From: Candidatus Iainarchaeum sp. | Lineage (GTDB): Archaea > Iainarchaeota > Iainarchaeia > JAGGVJ01 | Length of the DNA: 59,456 nucleotides | Direction of reading: 5' to 3' | Assembly (NCBI GenBank): GCA_021158055.1 | Contig: JAGGVJ010000026.1 | Coordinates: 1-59,456 of the forward strand | In this document: piece after piece, positions 8,223 through 16,916 of the stretch | How positions within the stretch are numbered: position 1 is the stretch's first letter | Layout: each line of letters starts with the position of its first letter | Notes under the pieces: generated by a model | The model's database searches: none | Told to the model about the DNA's origin: nothing | Seen by the model: only the letters and a program-made list of their open reading frames with translations | Position numbers and translations under genes: made by a program

Positions 8223-8374
8223 AGACAAAAAGAAAGCTGCTCAGAACAAATGAAAAGCCGCTTAACAGACAAATCCAAACAAAAATTGGCTTCTTTTTTA
8301 ACGCCACTACTTTTTTCATCGCTCTCACAACGGCAAAACATGCCAAAATCGCTGAGAGACAACAAGTTTTCCAA

Positions 8375-8469
8375 GCAGTTGAACCGCACGCAACAAAGCA
8401 TGCAACACTATTTTTCGGGTTCAAATCCCGCAACTGCCATCGCTCTGCCAAAAAAGCAACCGGCAAAGC
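8375..8469 (+). repeat. tRNA-like leader element copy E5
   Basis: 5' arm GCAGTTG 8375-8381. Inner hairpin GCACGC/GCATGC. CTATTTTT box. GGGTTCAAATCCC 8417-8429. 3' arm CAACTGC 8431-8437 (perfect 7 bp). Hairpin GCTCTGCC 8442-8449 / GGCAAAGC 8462-8469. Confidence 0.6.
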
Positions 8470-8500
8470 AACAAGATACAATACAATAGGATAAAACCAA

Positions 8501-9478
8501 ATGAACAAACAATCAGCAGAACTAAACGAACTTCTGAAAAAGTTCTTCCCTAACATCAACGGGATTCTTGAAGGACTTGAACGAGAAAACTGGTCACAGG
8601 AAAGTGCCTTAAGCGCAGTATCAAGCATGCTTTCAAATGGACCTGTTCAGGAACTATTCCAGTTCAAAAGCAGAGTATTCCCCATGTACGTGGAAAACAT
8701 GGACCCGGAATGGTTCGGAATGCTAACCGCCGTTATTGTAGCGGAAGACATAGAAACGTTCTATATCCTGGGAGCTTTGATGGAGTTTCTCAAAAAAATC
8801 GATAGTGGTGCTCTTTCCACTAAAGATGAATTGATGCACGAGTTTTTCGCCATCACAAAAGAACTCACAAAAAATCGGGAAATGAGCAGGTTTGAGGAAA
8901 TCAGCGTTGTTGTCTGCTGCTCAACAGAAGAAGAGTTAGAAGCAGTAACAACTCAGCTTCGGGCCAACAAACTCTGGCAGAACGCCATAAACTACTTTGA
9001 TAAAGAAATTTATCCAAAAGTAAAAGCAATTCTGAACCTTGAAAAACCGGTTTTCGGAAGAACTTCCGCTGAATTTTTGGTGACCAACAATCAGGATGAT
9101 TTCCTGGCTAAATGCAAGGACAAGCCAGTTGTCATAATGCCAAAGCTAAGAAACGAAAACCAGCCTGACTACGAGCAGCTGATAGAAAAACTGCTTGAAA
9201 ACGGGTGCAAAATAACTGCGCCAACATGGTTAGTAACTTCCCCGAATAACACTCTTCTGGAAAGAAGAATAAAGGCAGTTAAAGAGCTCTCAAAGCAAAG
9301 AGACTGGAAAACCGAACTTGTCCTGCACACCGGAGGAATGGGCTTTTTCCCGGATACGAATCTGGAGGAGATTCAATCCACCTTAAGAATCAACGTGGAA
9401 CGGCAGGGCGTTCTTGAAATGGCCCAGGACATCGCAGACATAACCGGCGGAATAATCATAGTCACAGAAACGACGTAA
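8501..9478 (+). CDS. hypothetical protein
   Basis: 325-aa ORF downstream of E5, followed by a strong hairpin/T8 terminator. No motif recognised. Confidence 0.6.
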   Translation: MNKQSAELNELLKKFFPNINGILEGLERENWSQESALSAVSSMLSNGPVQELFQFKSRVFPMYVENMDPEWFGMLTAVIVAEDIETFYILGALMEFLKKIDSGALSTKDELMHEFFAITKELTKNREMSRFEEISVVVCCSTEEELEAVTTQLRANKLWQNAINYFDKEIYPKVKAILNLEKPVFGRTSAEFLVTNNQDDFLAKCKDKPVVIMPKLRNENQPDYEQLIEKLLENGCKITAPTWLVTSPNNTLLERRIKAVKELSKQRDWKTELVLHTGGMGFFPDTNLEEIQSTLRINVERQGVLEMAQDIADITGGIIIVTETT

Positions 9479-9526
9479 GCCTCAAAAACTAAATTTGATG
9501 GCTATCCGCAGGGAACAGTAAACTAA

Positions 9527-9560
9527 GTGTGGCTTACTCCCTTGCCACACACTTTTTTTT
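9527..9560 (+). terminator. hairpin + T8 terminator
   Basis: GTGTGGC 9527-9533 / GCCACAC 9544-9550, followed by ACTTTTTTTT. Confidence 0.6.
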
Positions 9561-9623
9561 AAATTAAAAAATGAAAAATAAGTTGCTCAACTCTTACTTT
9601 AAAAAGCAAATCACAAGAGGTGA

Positions 9624-10658
9624 ATGAAAATGAAAACCTACTACTGCACACTCAAGATATACTTCATGAGAGACAAACCAGAAATAACTGATGAAGAAAT
9701 CGAAACCGTGAAAAGAATTTACTTAAAGGAGCTGGAAAAGAAAAAACCCGAGCTGCCAAACCAGGGGGCTCAAGTCACAATCGAAGCCACCACCTGCCAA
9801 CAGGCGCTCAACACAGCAGCCAACACGTACGAATTCTTAATACCTAAACCAAAATACAACACAACCAACGCAATTTGGGCCCACATAAGAAACTTAAACG
9901 AAAAAAACAAAAGCGTTCTGTTTTGGGGGCACATTGTTATCCTAAACAAGAAAAAAGAAGGTTTGAGCACTAGCCATCTTGCCTTGCCGCATGAAGAAGA
10001 CGAAGAACATTACCTCACTAAATTGGTGAACAAACTCACCAAGTCATTTCTGGATTTGTTTATTGGCCGTACTCCCAGCTCACCGCACAGCGAACACCAT
10101 CTTCTGATAGAAAGTATGCCCAACAAAGCAAAAACAACCTCACGGATAGAATATGTTGTAAATGAGATAACTAAAAAAATGCCTCCTTTGTTAAAGGAAA
10201 CGAACAAGGAAGCAAAAACAACAAAACAAGAAACAAGAGGAGAAAAAAAAGCAATGAACCCTTCTCTAAAATACAGCCTTGAGGTTGATTTTACCTCAAA
10301 AAACGGAAGCTCCCGCATAAGGTTGTTTGTCCCTGTAACAAACGGCAACAAAACCTACGCTATCCTGCCGGACATACAGACAAAAGCAGACAAAGTGTTG
10401 CTGCTCTACCAGGACTTCTCTTCAGGGGAATCAAAGGCAGGGGTGCTTTCAGACGTGCTTGTAACGTCGACATCAACCCAGTTGATCATTGACGGGAAAG
10501 AACCGGTAAATGAAGAAAATCCTTTTGGGAGCTGTTCTTCAATTGTAACAGTAAGCTCAACCAGAGAAGAAAACATAATACGTTCGTTGGGAAACGACCC
10601 ATCAGATTACGAAAAAGACCTTTCAAAGGTCTTGAAAAAGGCGCTTGCTCACCGTTAG
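9624..10658 (+). CDS. hypothetical protein (first gene of the CDC48-like operon)
   Basis: 344-aa ORF with a GAGGTG RBS; the start is ATG 9624 or 9630. No motif recognised. Confidence 0.55.
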   Translation: MKMKTYYCTLKIYFMRDKPEITDEEIETVKRIYLKELEKKKPELPNQGAQVTIEATTCQQALNTAANTYEFLIPKPKYNTTNAIWAHIRNLNEKNKSVLFWGHIVILNKKKEGLSTSHLALPHEEDEEHYLTKLVNKLTKSFLDLFIGRTPSSPHSEHHLLIESMPNKAKTTSRIEYVVNEITKKMPPLLKETNKEAKTTKQETRGEKKAMNPSLKYSLEVDFTSKNGSSRIRLFVPVTNGNKTYAILPDIQTKADKVLLLYQDFSSGESKAGVLSDVLVTSTSTQLIIDGKEPVNEENPFGSCSSIVTVSSTREENIIRSLGNDPSDYEKDLSKVLKKALAHR

Positions 10659-10699
10659 TTCGCGGGATGCCTTTGACAATAAAAAGATAGGAGGAAACC

Positions 10700-11080
10700 A
10701 TGACATCACTAATCATGAAGGTACCTTCCAAAGACGGTGCCAAAGAACTGCTGGTATTCTGCGGAGAACAAGAAACAACTGACGTGTCGATTGAACTCCA
10801 GCAAGGAATACTGTACAAACTCAAAAACGGAGTACTGCTGATTCTCCAGTACCTGCCTATAAACACTTCTGACATCATTGTTGCAAAAGCCGCGGAAATA
10901 CACTTGTTCCATGGAGAAAGCATCAAGGCAGAACTGGTTGGAAACGCTCCGCTTACCCGAGTATACGCAATCGGGAAAGAACCACTGATAAGGGAACTGA
11001 AAAGAATCAAACAGCACACAAGATTCCGCTGGGACGAACAGCGTGCAAGTATGGATCCCGTAAGCAGAATAGAAGTTTAG
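10700..11080 (+). CDS. hypothetical protein
   Basis: 126-aa ORF with a strong AGGAGG RBS, 9 nt before the CDC48-like gene. Confidence 0.55.
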   Translation: MTSLIMKVPSKDGAKELLVFCGEQETTDVSIELQQGILYKLKNGVLLILQYLPINTSDIIVAKAAEIHLFHGESIKAELVGNAPLTRVYAIGKEPLIRELKRIKQHTRFRWDEQRASMDPVSRIEV

Positions 11081-11089
11081 GAGGAAGAA

Positions 11090-13252
11090 ATGACTGCAAA
11101 TATCAACGTAAAACTGATGAGAGACGACGAAATCCAAAACGGTGCGTGCCGAATAAGCAAGGCACTGTCAACCGAACTGAGAATAAGTCAGGGTCAGGTA
11201 ATCGAGATAGCCGGAATCAACAGCAAAAGACGTGCTATAGTTGTCATCTCCGAAGTTTCGGAAGCACCCGGTGATGCAGAAACAAAGCAACTCATCTGGG
11301 CAAACAACGAAACAATTCTCAATTCCAATGTGGATTTTGAGGGACGAGCACAGGTGAGCGCGATTCAAAAAGTCCGCGAGGCAAAAGAAATAACCGTGGC
11401 ACCGTTGAACACTTCCATAATACCATCCCTGCTGGATCAAAACAAGTTCAAAAACAGCGTAACAGGGCGCTTCTTCGCAAAGGGGAACATAATATCAAGC
11501 ATGGGAAGCTTCAGCGTTGAGGGCTCAGGCACTGATGGGCATGACAACTTCATCGAATACAAGGTAAAAATAGTGTCAACAAAGCCGGATTCATCGGTTC
11601 AGGTCACTAAAAAAACCAACATAATATTCAAGGAACCCATACGCGGAGAAATTGACTTTGGAGACATCGGAGGATTGAATAGCCAGATAGAAACAATGCA
11701 GGAACTGGTGGAATGGCCGCTTCGCTACCCTGAAATATTCGAGCATTTAGGGCAGGATTCCCCAAAAGGCGTTCTTCTGCACGGTCCGCCCGGAACCGGA
11801 AAAACCCATCTGGTAAGAGCAATAGCAAGATCTGCAGATGCTCACTTCATATACGTGAACCCCGGGGAAATCAGCGCTGATCCCACTCAGGCAAAAACCC
11901 GCATTGACGAGTTGTTCAACGAAGCAAACAATCACCCTGGCCCGGCAATAATCTTTTTGGACGAAATTGACGCAGTTGCGCCAAAGAGAAGCGAGTTAAG
12001 AAACCCAATCTATTCCAGCATAGTGTCGCATCTGCTCACAAAAATAGACGGCATGGAAACCAATTCGCAAATCATGGTGATTGGCGCTACAAACAGCCCA
12101 AACAGCATTGATGAAGCCATGCGCAGGCCTGGGCGACTTGACATTGAAATAGAGATCCCATCCCCGGACAAGGAAGGGAGAATGGAAATCCTCGAAATTC
12201 ATACACGGGGAATGCCGTTTGAGACCTCAAAGCAAAGAATTGACATTCTGGAGCCCATAAGCGAGGCAACTCACGGGTTTGTCGGAGCAGACCTGATGTT
12301 TCTCTGCAAATCTGCAGCACTTGCGTGCATAAGACGGAACTGGCTGGACATCGAACTAGACGAAAACGAACACATCCCGCCAAAGGTTCTGCGGACACTG
12401 CGGGTGAATCTGGGTGATTTCAAAGAAGCTTTGAAAACAACAACACCCTCTGTTGGCCGGGATATCATCGTGGAGAAACCAGATGTCGACCTGAAAAAAG
12501 ACATCGGTGGACTGAACGAAGCCAAAAAAGAGCTTTTGGAGACCGTTGTCAGGGCATGGGCAAACAAAGAGGAAATCGCAAGGCTAAACCCCTCAACCAA
12601 AATCCCAAGGGGAATCGTATTGCACGGACCCCCGGGAACCGGAAAAACATTCCTTGCAAAAGGACTGGCAAAAGAAATGGGTTTTCATTTGATTGTGGTA
12701 AAACCAAGCGACGTCCTGTCAAAATGGCACGGCGAATCCGAAGGTACAATAAGCAAGGTGTTCAGCAAGGCAAAATCACTTGCACCCTGCATCATTGTAT
12801 TCGAAGAGTTTGAATCACTGGTGCCTGTCCGCGGACAAGCGTCGGATTCTGCCGGGGCTGCAAACAACAGATTAGTGAACCAGATACTCACTGAAATGGA
12901 TGGTTTTGACAGCCTTACAGACGTCATTGCCATAGCGACAACAAATCGCATTGACATGATTGACCCTGCAGTACTGCGAAGCGGCAGATTTTCTGTAACG
13001 ATACCTGTATCAGATCCTGACGAAGGCGAAAGAGAAGACATCTTCAGAAAGATCTTCAAGAGCGCCACAATCAAAGACGACATTGATTTCAATGAACTTG
13101 CAATGGCAAGCGATGGCCTGAATGGCTCTGACATAAAGGAAGTCCTTGACAGGGCAGTGTACAAAACCATTACCCTCAAAGGAAAGCACATAAAAAAAGA
13201 AAGTGTGCTGGCAGCGATAGAAGACATAAAGGAAACAAAGAAGGAAAACTAA
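11090..13252 (+). CDS. divergent CDC48/VCP/p97-like double-ring AAA+ ATPase
   Basis: N-terminal CDC48-N-like domain. D1: [10 protein letters not shown] Walker [10 protein letters not shown] Walker B, RRPGRLD arginine fingers. D2: [10 protein letters not shown] Walker [10 protein letters not shown] (Walker B with D>E), SKWHGESE aromatic pore loop, LRSGRF. The D1 pore loop lacks the aromatic/GESE motif. The C-terminus (..ETKKEN) has no HbYX motif. Confidence 0.9.
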   Translation: MTANINVKLMRDDEIQNGACRISKALSTELRISQGQVIEIAGINSKRRAIVVISEVSEAPGDAETKQLIWANNETILNSNVDFEGRAQVSAIQKVREAKEITVAPLNTSIIPSLLDQNKFKNSVTGRFFAKGNIISSMGSFSVEGSGTDGHDNFIEYKVKIVSTKPDSSVQVTKKTNIIFKEPIRGEIDFGDIGGLNSQIETMQELVEWPLRYPEIFEHLGQDSPKGVLLHGPPGTGKTHLVRAIARSADAHFIYVNPGEISADPTQAKTRIDELFNEANNHPGPAIIFLDEIDAVAPKRSELRNPIYSSIVSHLLTKIDGMETNSQIMVIGATNSPNSIDEAMRRPGRLDIEIEIPSPDKEGRMEILEIHTRGMPFETSKQRIDILEPISEATHGFVGADLMFLCKSAALACIRRNWLDIELDENEHIPPKVLRTLRVNLGDFKEALKTTTPSVGRDIIVEKPDVDLKKDIGGLNEAKKELLETVVRAWANKEEIARLNPSTKIPRGIVLHGPPGTGKTFLAKGLAKEMGFHLIVVKPSDVLSKWHGESEGTISKVFSKAKSLAPCIIVFEEFESLVPVRGQASDSAGAANNRLVNQILTEMDGFDSLTDVIAIATTNRIDMIDPAVLRSGRFSVTIPVSDPDEGEREDIFRKIFKSATIKDDIDFNELAMASDGLNGSDIKEVLDRAVYKTITLKGKHIKKESVLAAIEDIKETKKEN

Positions 13253-13323
13253 GGAACATCAGTTGTTTCTCTTTCCTTTTTTATGTCAAAAAATTAAAAA
13301 AACAAAATTTGGAGGCATAAGCA

Positions 13324-14007
13324 ATGAGATCAACATACACAATAAATTTCTTCAGAAACTCTGAAGAGATTAAACTAAATGAACTGGAGAGGATAGCCAA
13401 AGAGCTTTCAAATACGACAACATTCAATTGCAAAATTGAAATACACAAAAGCCCGCTTGAAAAAGCAAGGGGTTCAGAACTGAATAGCTCATTCTTTGAG
13501 GAAGGCTGCAATCTTGACGATTCTTTTGTCTTTGCGGCATTTGTTGAAGAGAACATGCCCGGTGTTAACACTGACCATATACTGATTGGACAAAGTTCAA
13601 GGGGATGCCTGGTCAGGGTAAAAGAAAACAGTGATGCAACAATGCATAACTTACTTCACCAACTCGGGCACGTGTTTGGAATTGAGGACCACTGCACAAA
13701 AACAAAGTGCGTAATGTACCCCCTCTACATAAAAGGCGCGGTGGACTTCAAAAACCCTTTCTGCAGCGACGGGAATAGCAGTTGTGGAAGCATAATTGAA
13801 GAAGCAGTGTTTCACAAACAGGACCCTGACCACTGGGATAACATTGCCACAGGCAGTTGCGAAAACACAACTTCAGCTCACGAACTGGCCGGAAAACCGC
13901 AAATCAAGCACAGCACTCGGAGAGACACAGACTTCCTGAAGAAAATAAAAACACACGTTGAAAGGCCAACTGAAAGAAGCCTCATACAACTACTGGAGGA
14001 AACATAA
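13324..14007 (+). CDS. archaemetzincin-like (M54-like) zinc-protein with HQxxH instead of HExxH
   Basis: MHNLLHQLGHVFGIEDHCTKTKCVMYP...FCSDGNSSC fits the archaemetzincin signature HExxHxxGxxHC-x4-C-x-M...C, with two differences. The catalytic Glu is replaced by Gln, and there is a one-residue insertion before HC. Confidence 0.6.
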   Translation: MRSTYTINFFRNSEEIKLNELERIAKELSNTTTFNCKIEIHKSPLEKARGSELNSSFFEEGCNLDDSFVFAAFVEENMPGVNTDHILIGQSSRGCLVRVKENSDATMHNLLHQLGHVFGIEDHCTKTKCVMYPLYIKGAVDFKNPFCSDGNSSCGSIIEEAVFHKQDPDHWDNIATGSCENTTSAHELAGKPQIKHSTRRDTDFLKKIKTHVERPTERSLIQLLEET

Positions 14008-14999
14008 TGTTCTTATCCACCCACGCATACCCCGGACATGACTACATACTCCTCAGCATGACAGAGAGTCTTGTGCTTATGATTGCTGTGATAATCTTTA
14101 ATGCGGTTGTAGCAAGCCTTGTTGTATCACTGAAAAACAAGTACCTTGAAAACAACTACAGGATAAGTGACCTGTCAGAAGACAAAATTGCGGTTTTATT
14201 CCTTGTACTTGTAAACACAACAATCATGCTTCTGTTCATCAAAGACGGAACACACAACATCATGCACTTCTGGCCAGGTGACTTTATGAATGCTGTCCTG
14301 TTAACTGCCATTGCTGCATTGGGAGCACTGGTAACAGCAAACATATTCCTTGGAACATACAGGTTCACGGAAGCACCCCCGGAAGGCCAACAATCAGTGA
14401 AGGCAACCTTCAATTCAGATGACGGGCGACTTCAGATAAACCCACAAAAACCCAAAGAATGGTCAATGGGTTTGTGCGATGCGCCGATAGTAACCAAAGA
14501 AGCGCTGAGATCCGCAGCCAGAATAGCAATTGTCGGAGCGATTGTCTTTCTGTTGATGCTCGTGCTATCCAGTTTTAAGGTGTCAATAAGCCGGACAGAA
14601 TTATCATGCATATTTGGCATGTACCTGGCAGTAGACATTATTCTGGCAATGAGGCTTCAGGCCATACTTGGCAGAAGAAATATGGACGAGCGCTCATTCC
14701 TTGCAAAGCCCGAAAACATGTTTTATTACAACCAACAAAAACACTTAAAGCAAAGAGCATCCGGGAAGCAAACCTTTGCAACAACTGACAAAGATAAACT
14801 GATATTGCTGATTATGCTATTAATAGGTGGAGGAATTACATCCTTAATCCTATTGATAATAATAATCGGAACGATAACAAGCAGCATCGGTTACTCCATA
14901 GCTAACATGAGCGAAAACGACAACTACATGCCACACTTCCTTATTAGTTTGGTGGTCTTCTACCTGTTGTTTTTTTACGGAGAAGATGTCCTTTCCTAA
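14007..14999 (+). CDS. polytopic membrane protein (about 7 TM), unknown function
   Basis: 330-aa ORF whose start overlaps the previous stop (TAATG). Multiple long hydrophobic segments. Confidence 0.6.
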   Translation: MFLSTHAYPGHDYILLSMTESLVLMIAVIIFNAVVASLVVSLKNKYLENNYRISDLSEDKIAVLFLVLVNTTIMLLFIKDGTHNIMHFWPGDFMNAVLLTAIAALGALVTANIFLGTYRFTEAPPEGQQSVKATFNSDDGRLQINPQKPKEWSMGLCDAPIVTKEALRSAARIAIVGAIVFLLMLVLSSFKVSISRTELSCIFGMYLAVDIILAMRLQAILGRRNMDERSFLAKPENMFYYNQQKHLKQRASGKQTFATTDKDKLILLIMLLIGGGITSLILLIIIIGTITSSIGYSIANMSENDNYMPHFLISLVVFYLLFFYGEDVLS

Positions 15000-15051
15000 C
15001 GAGACAAGAAACCAAGAACACACAAAAACAAAGAGAATAGGAGGAATCAAG

Positions 15052-15852
15052 ATGAGTGAACAAGTATACACCTACAACAATCCCTGCGGAGGAATCCCTG
15101 CAGAAAAAATGCTTTTAGCATGCACTGCAATTGCTGAAACCTTTGCAAACGGAACAGAAAGCTTTGAGACAGCCATCAACGAAAACAGGAAAAAGCTTTC
15201 ATGCATCGCAGGAATATCTGTTGAACGGACAGCAGTGCTTAAAGGACTTGTAAAGAACTCGATAAAAGCGCCAGAAAAGGGTGTGAAAAAGGCAGGCAAC
15301 ATCCAAAAGGCGATAATCGAACTGAACCCGAACAAACCCATAAACGCAAAGGCAGGAAAGGGTTCAAGAACAGGAAAAGTTTTCAAACCGCCCGTTACAG
15401 TGGTGGCTGAAATGGAAAAAGACAATCCTGAAAGTGCCAAAGTGCAGATAATAATGCCTTTTTCTGCTGAAGACGATTCGGAATGCGACCAACTGGCAAA
15501 GGACATAATAAAAGACCTTTATGTCATGGCCACTGGAAAGCACATTACTGACAGTCAGATACAATTCATGGAACCAGCCCCCCTCAACCAAAGTGTGTGC
15601 GTGGAATGCGGAGAAAAAACACTCCATATCCACTACTGTCCGCTTTGTGGAAACCGATACTGCTCAAAACACAGGAGCCCGGTAAACCACAGGTGCTGCA
15701 ATTTGTCTGCAGTAACAAAAGAGCACAAAACAGCAAATCCAAAAGGGACAATCACCAAGGCAGAGGGAACAACCGGCATGGAACACGAATCCACAGCAGG
15801 ACACGAGCCCACAGCAATAACTGTAGAACGCAGAACGCAAATGTGCGGGTGA
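15052..15852 (+). CDS. AN1-type zinc-finger protein
   Basis: The ATG at 15052 follows an AGGAGG RBS. The C-terminal CVECGEKTLHIHYCPLCGNRYCSKHRSPVNHRC matches the AN1 pattern C-x2-C-x9-C-x2-C-x4-C-x2-H-x5-H-x-C exactly. Confidence 0.8.
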   Translation: MSEQVYTYNNPCGGIPAEKMLLACTAIAETFANGTESFETAINENRKKLSCIAGISVERTAVLKGLVKNSIKAPEKGVKKAGNIQKAIIELNPNKPINAKAGKGSRTGKVFKPPVTVVAEMEKDNPESAKVQIIMPFSAEDDSECDQLAKDIIKDLYVMATGKHITDSQIQFMEPAPLNQSVCVECGEKTLHIHYCPLCGNRYCSKHRSPVNHRCCNLSAVTKEHKTANPKGTITKAEGTTGMEHESTAGHEPTAITVERRTQMCG

Positions 15853-15893
15853 ACACCCCCTTGAAAAAGGATACCCACCTAATCTGAGGGGTT

Positions 15894-15915
15894 GGCTTTA
15901 TTTTTCACGCTGCCC
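15894..15915 (+). promoter_or_regulatory. 22-nt promoter-like box GGCTTTATTTTTCACGCTGCCC, copy 1
   Basis: Identical 22-mer also at 16591-16612. Contains a TATA-like TTTATTTTT. Lies 94 nt upstream of element E6. Degenerate relatives lie upstream of E5 (8287-8304, GGCTTCTTTTTTAACGCC) and E4 (7564-7574). Confidence 0.4.
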
Positions 15916-16008
15916 CACGGTTTTTTTATTACCCATGTAACGGCAAAGAAGGCAGAATAATACACATCCCCCTTCACCGTATTGCACAAGCAAAACCCAA
16001 TTGCATCA

Positions 16009-16123
16009 GCAGTTGAACCGCACGCAACCGGCGCATGCCCCTATTTTAGGGTTCAAATCCCGCAACTGCCATCGCTTTGCAAACCGGCAAAGCAAACAAC
16101 GCAAACAGCAAAAATTCGCTGTT
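16009..16123 (+). repeat. tRNA-like leader element copy E6
   Basis: 5' arm GCAGTTG 16009-16015. Inner hairpin GCACGC/GCATGC. CTATTTTA box. GGGTTCAAATCCC 16049-16061. 3' arm CAACTGC 16063-16069 (perfect). Hairpin GCTTTGC 16074-16080 / GCAAAGC 16087-16093. Hairpin AACAGC 16104-16109 / GCTGTT 16118-16123. Confidence 0.6.
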
Positions 16124-16146
16124 AAACAAAGTTTAGAAGTGTAAAA

Positions 16147-16515
16147 ATGGACCGAGAAACCAACACAGTGCACATAAGAACAGCAGTCATAGAAGAAGAG
16201 ATCAGCACAGATAAAAGACTGATGCTGCATCAGGACACTGAATTCAAGGAAAACATTGCCTGCGCAGGCATAATGTGTGAAGATAGCCTTTGGCATATCA
16301 ACGCAAAGAACATCGACACAAACGGCGGCGACATCGAGGCATGGAATATTGATGTAAAAGGAAACATCAACACGTGGAACATCCTTGCAGAGGGAAACAT
16401 CAACGCAGGAGACATCAATGCGGACACCCTCAAAGCAAAGAACATCCTTGCAAGCGACATGAAAGTAAAAGGACCTATTGTCAAGATATACCAAATAAAC
16501 AAAAGGACAAATTAA
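16147..16515 (+). CDS. repeat protein, possibly beta-helical (bactofilin-like)
   Basis: 122-aa ORF with short periodic repeats NIDTNGGDIEAWNIDVKGNINTWNILAEGNINAGDINADTLKAKNI. These are reminiscent of bactofilin/DUF583 beta-helix turns. The function call is weak. Confidence 0.45.
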   Translation: MDRETNTVHIRTAVIEEEISTDKRLMLHQDTEFKENIACAGIMCEDSLWHINAKNIDTNGGDIEAWNIDVKGNINTWNILAEGNINAGDINADTLKAKNILASDMKVKGPIVKIYQINKRTN

Positions 16516-16590
16516 CGCAAAAAGGAAGATCAACGCAACAAAGATCAAAGAGTGCAAATGAGTACTCCTTGATTAGTAAATGGAAGGGCC

Positions 16591-16612
16591 GGCTTTATTT
16601 TTCACGCTGCCC
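16591..16612 (+). promoter_or_regulatory. 22-nt promoter-like box GGCTTTATTTTTCACGCTGCCC, copy 2
   Basis: Exact copy of 15894-15915, placed 29 nt upstream of the wHTH gene start. This spacing is appropriate for an archaeal TATA box with a short leader. Confidence 0.45.
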
Positions 16613-16640
16613 ACTCTCCTTTTACACAGAGGAAAAGATA

Positions 16641-16886
16641 ATGAACAATAAAGACATGGAACAAATCCTGAAACTCATCAAAAAACCCAGGTATAATGGG
16701 TGCATAACACGTACGACAGTTATACACATAACTAAACTGTCTGCTCAAAGGATTGATGATGCTGCGCACTGCTTGGAAAAACTTGACATAATCAACATCA
16801 TTTATGGCAAGCATCACGGAATGAGAACAAGCACCCACTACCAATTGATCAGTTGGGAGGAAGAGATACAGAGATATTTTCATTAA
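16641..16886 (+). CDS. small winged-helix DNA-binding protein (putative island regulator)
   Basis: The ATG at 16641 follows GAGGAAAAG. The 81-aa sequence MNNKDMEQILKLIKKPRYNGCITRTTVIHITKLSAQRIDDAAHCLEKLDIINIIYG... has an HTH-plus-wing-like pattern. The track ORF from 16374 overlaps the previous gene. Confidence 0.5.
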   Translation: MNNKDMEQILKLIKKPRYNGCITRTTVIHITKLSAQRIDDAAHCLEKLDIINIIYGKHHGMRTSTHYQLISWEEEIQRYFH

Positions 16887-16916
16887 CAACCGAAAAAGAC
16901 AAAGCCACTCGCATCA

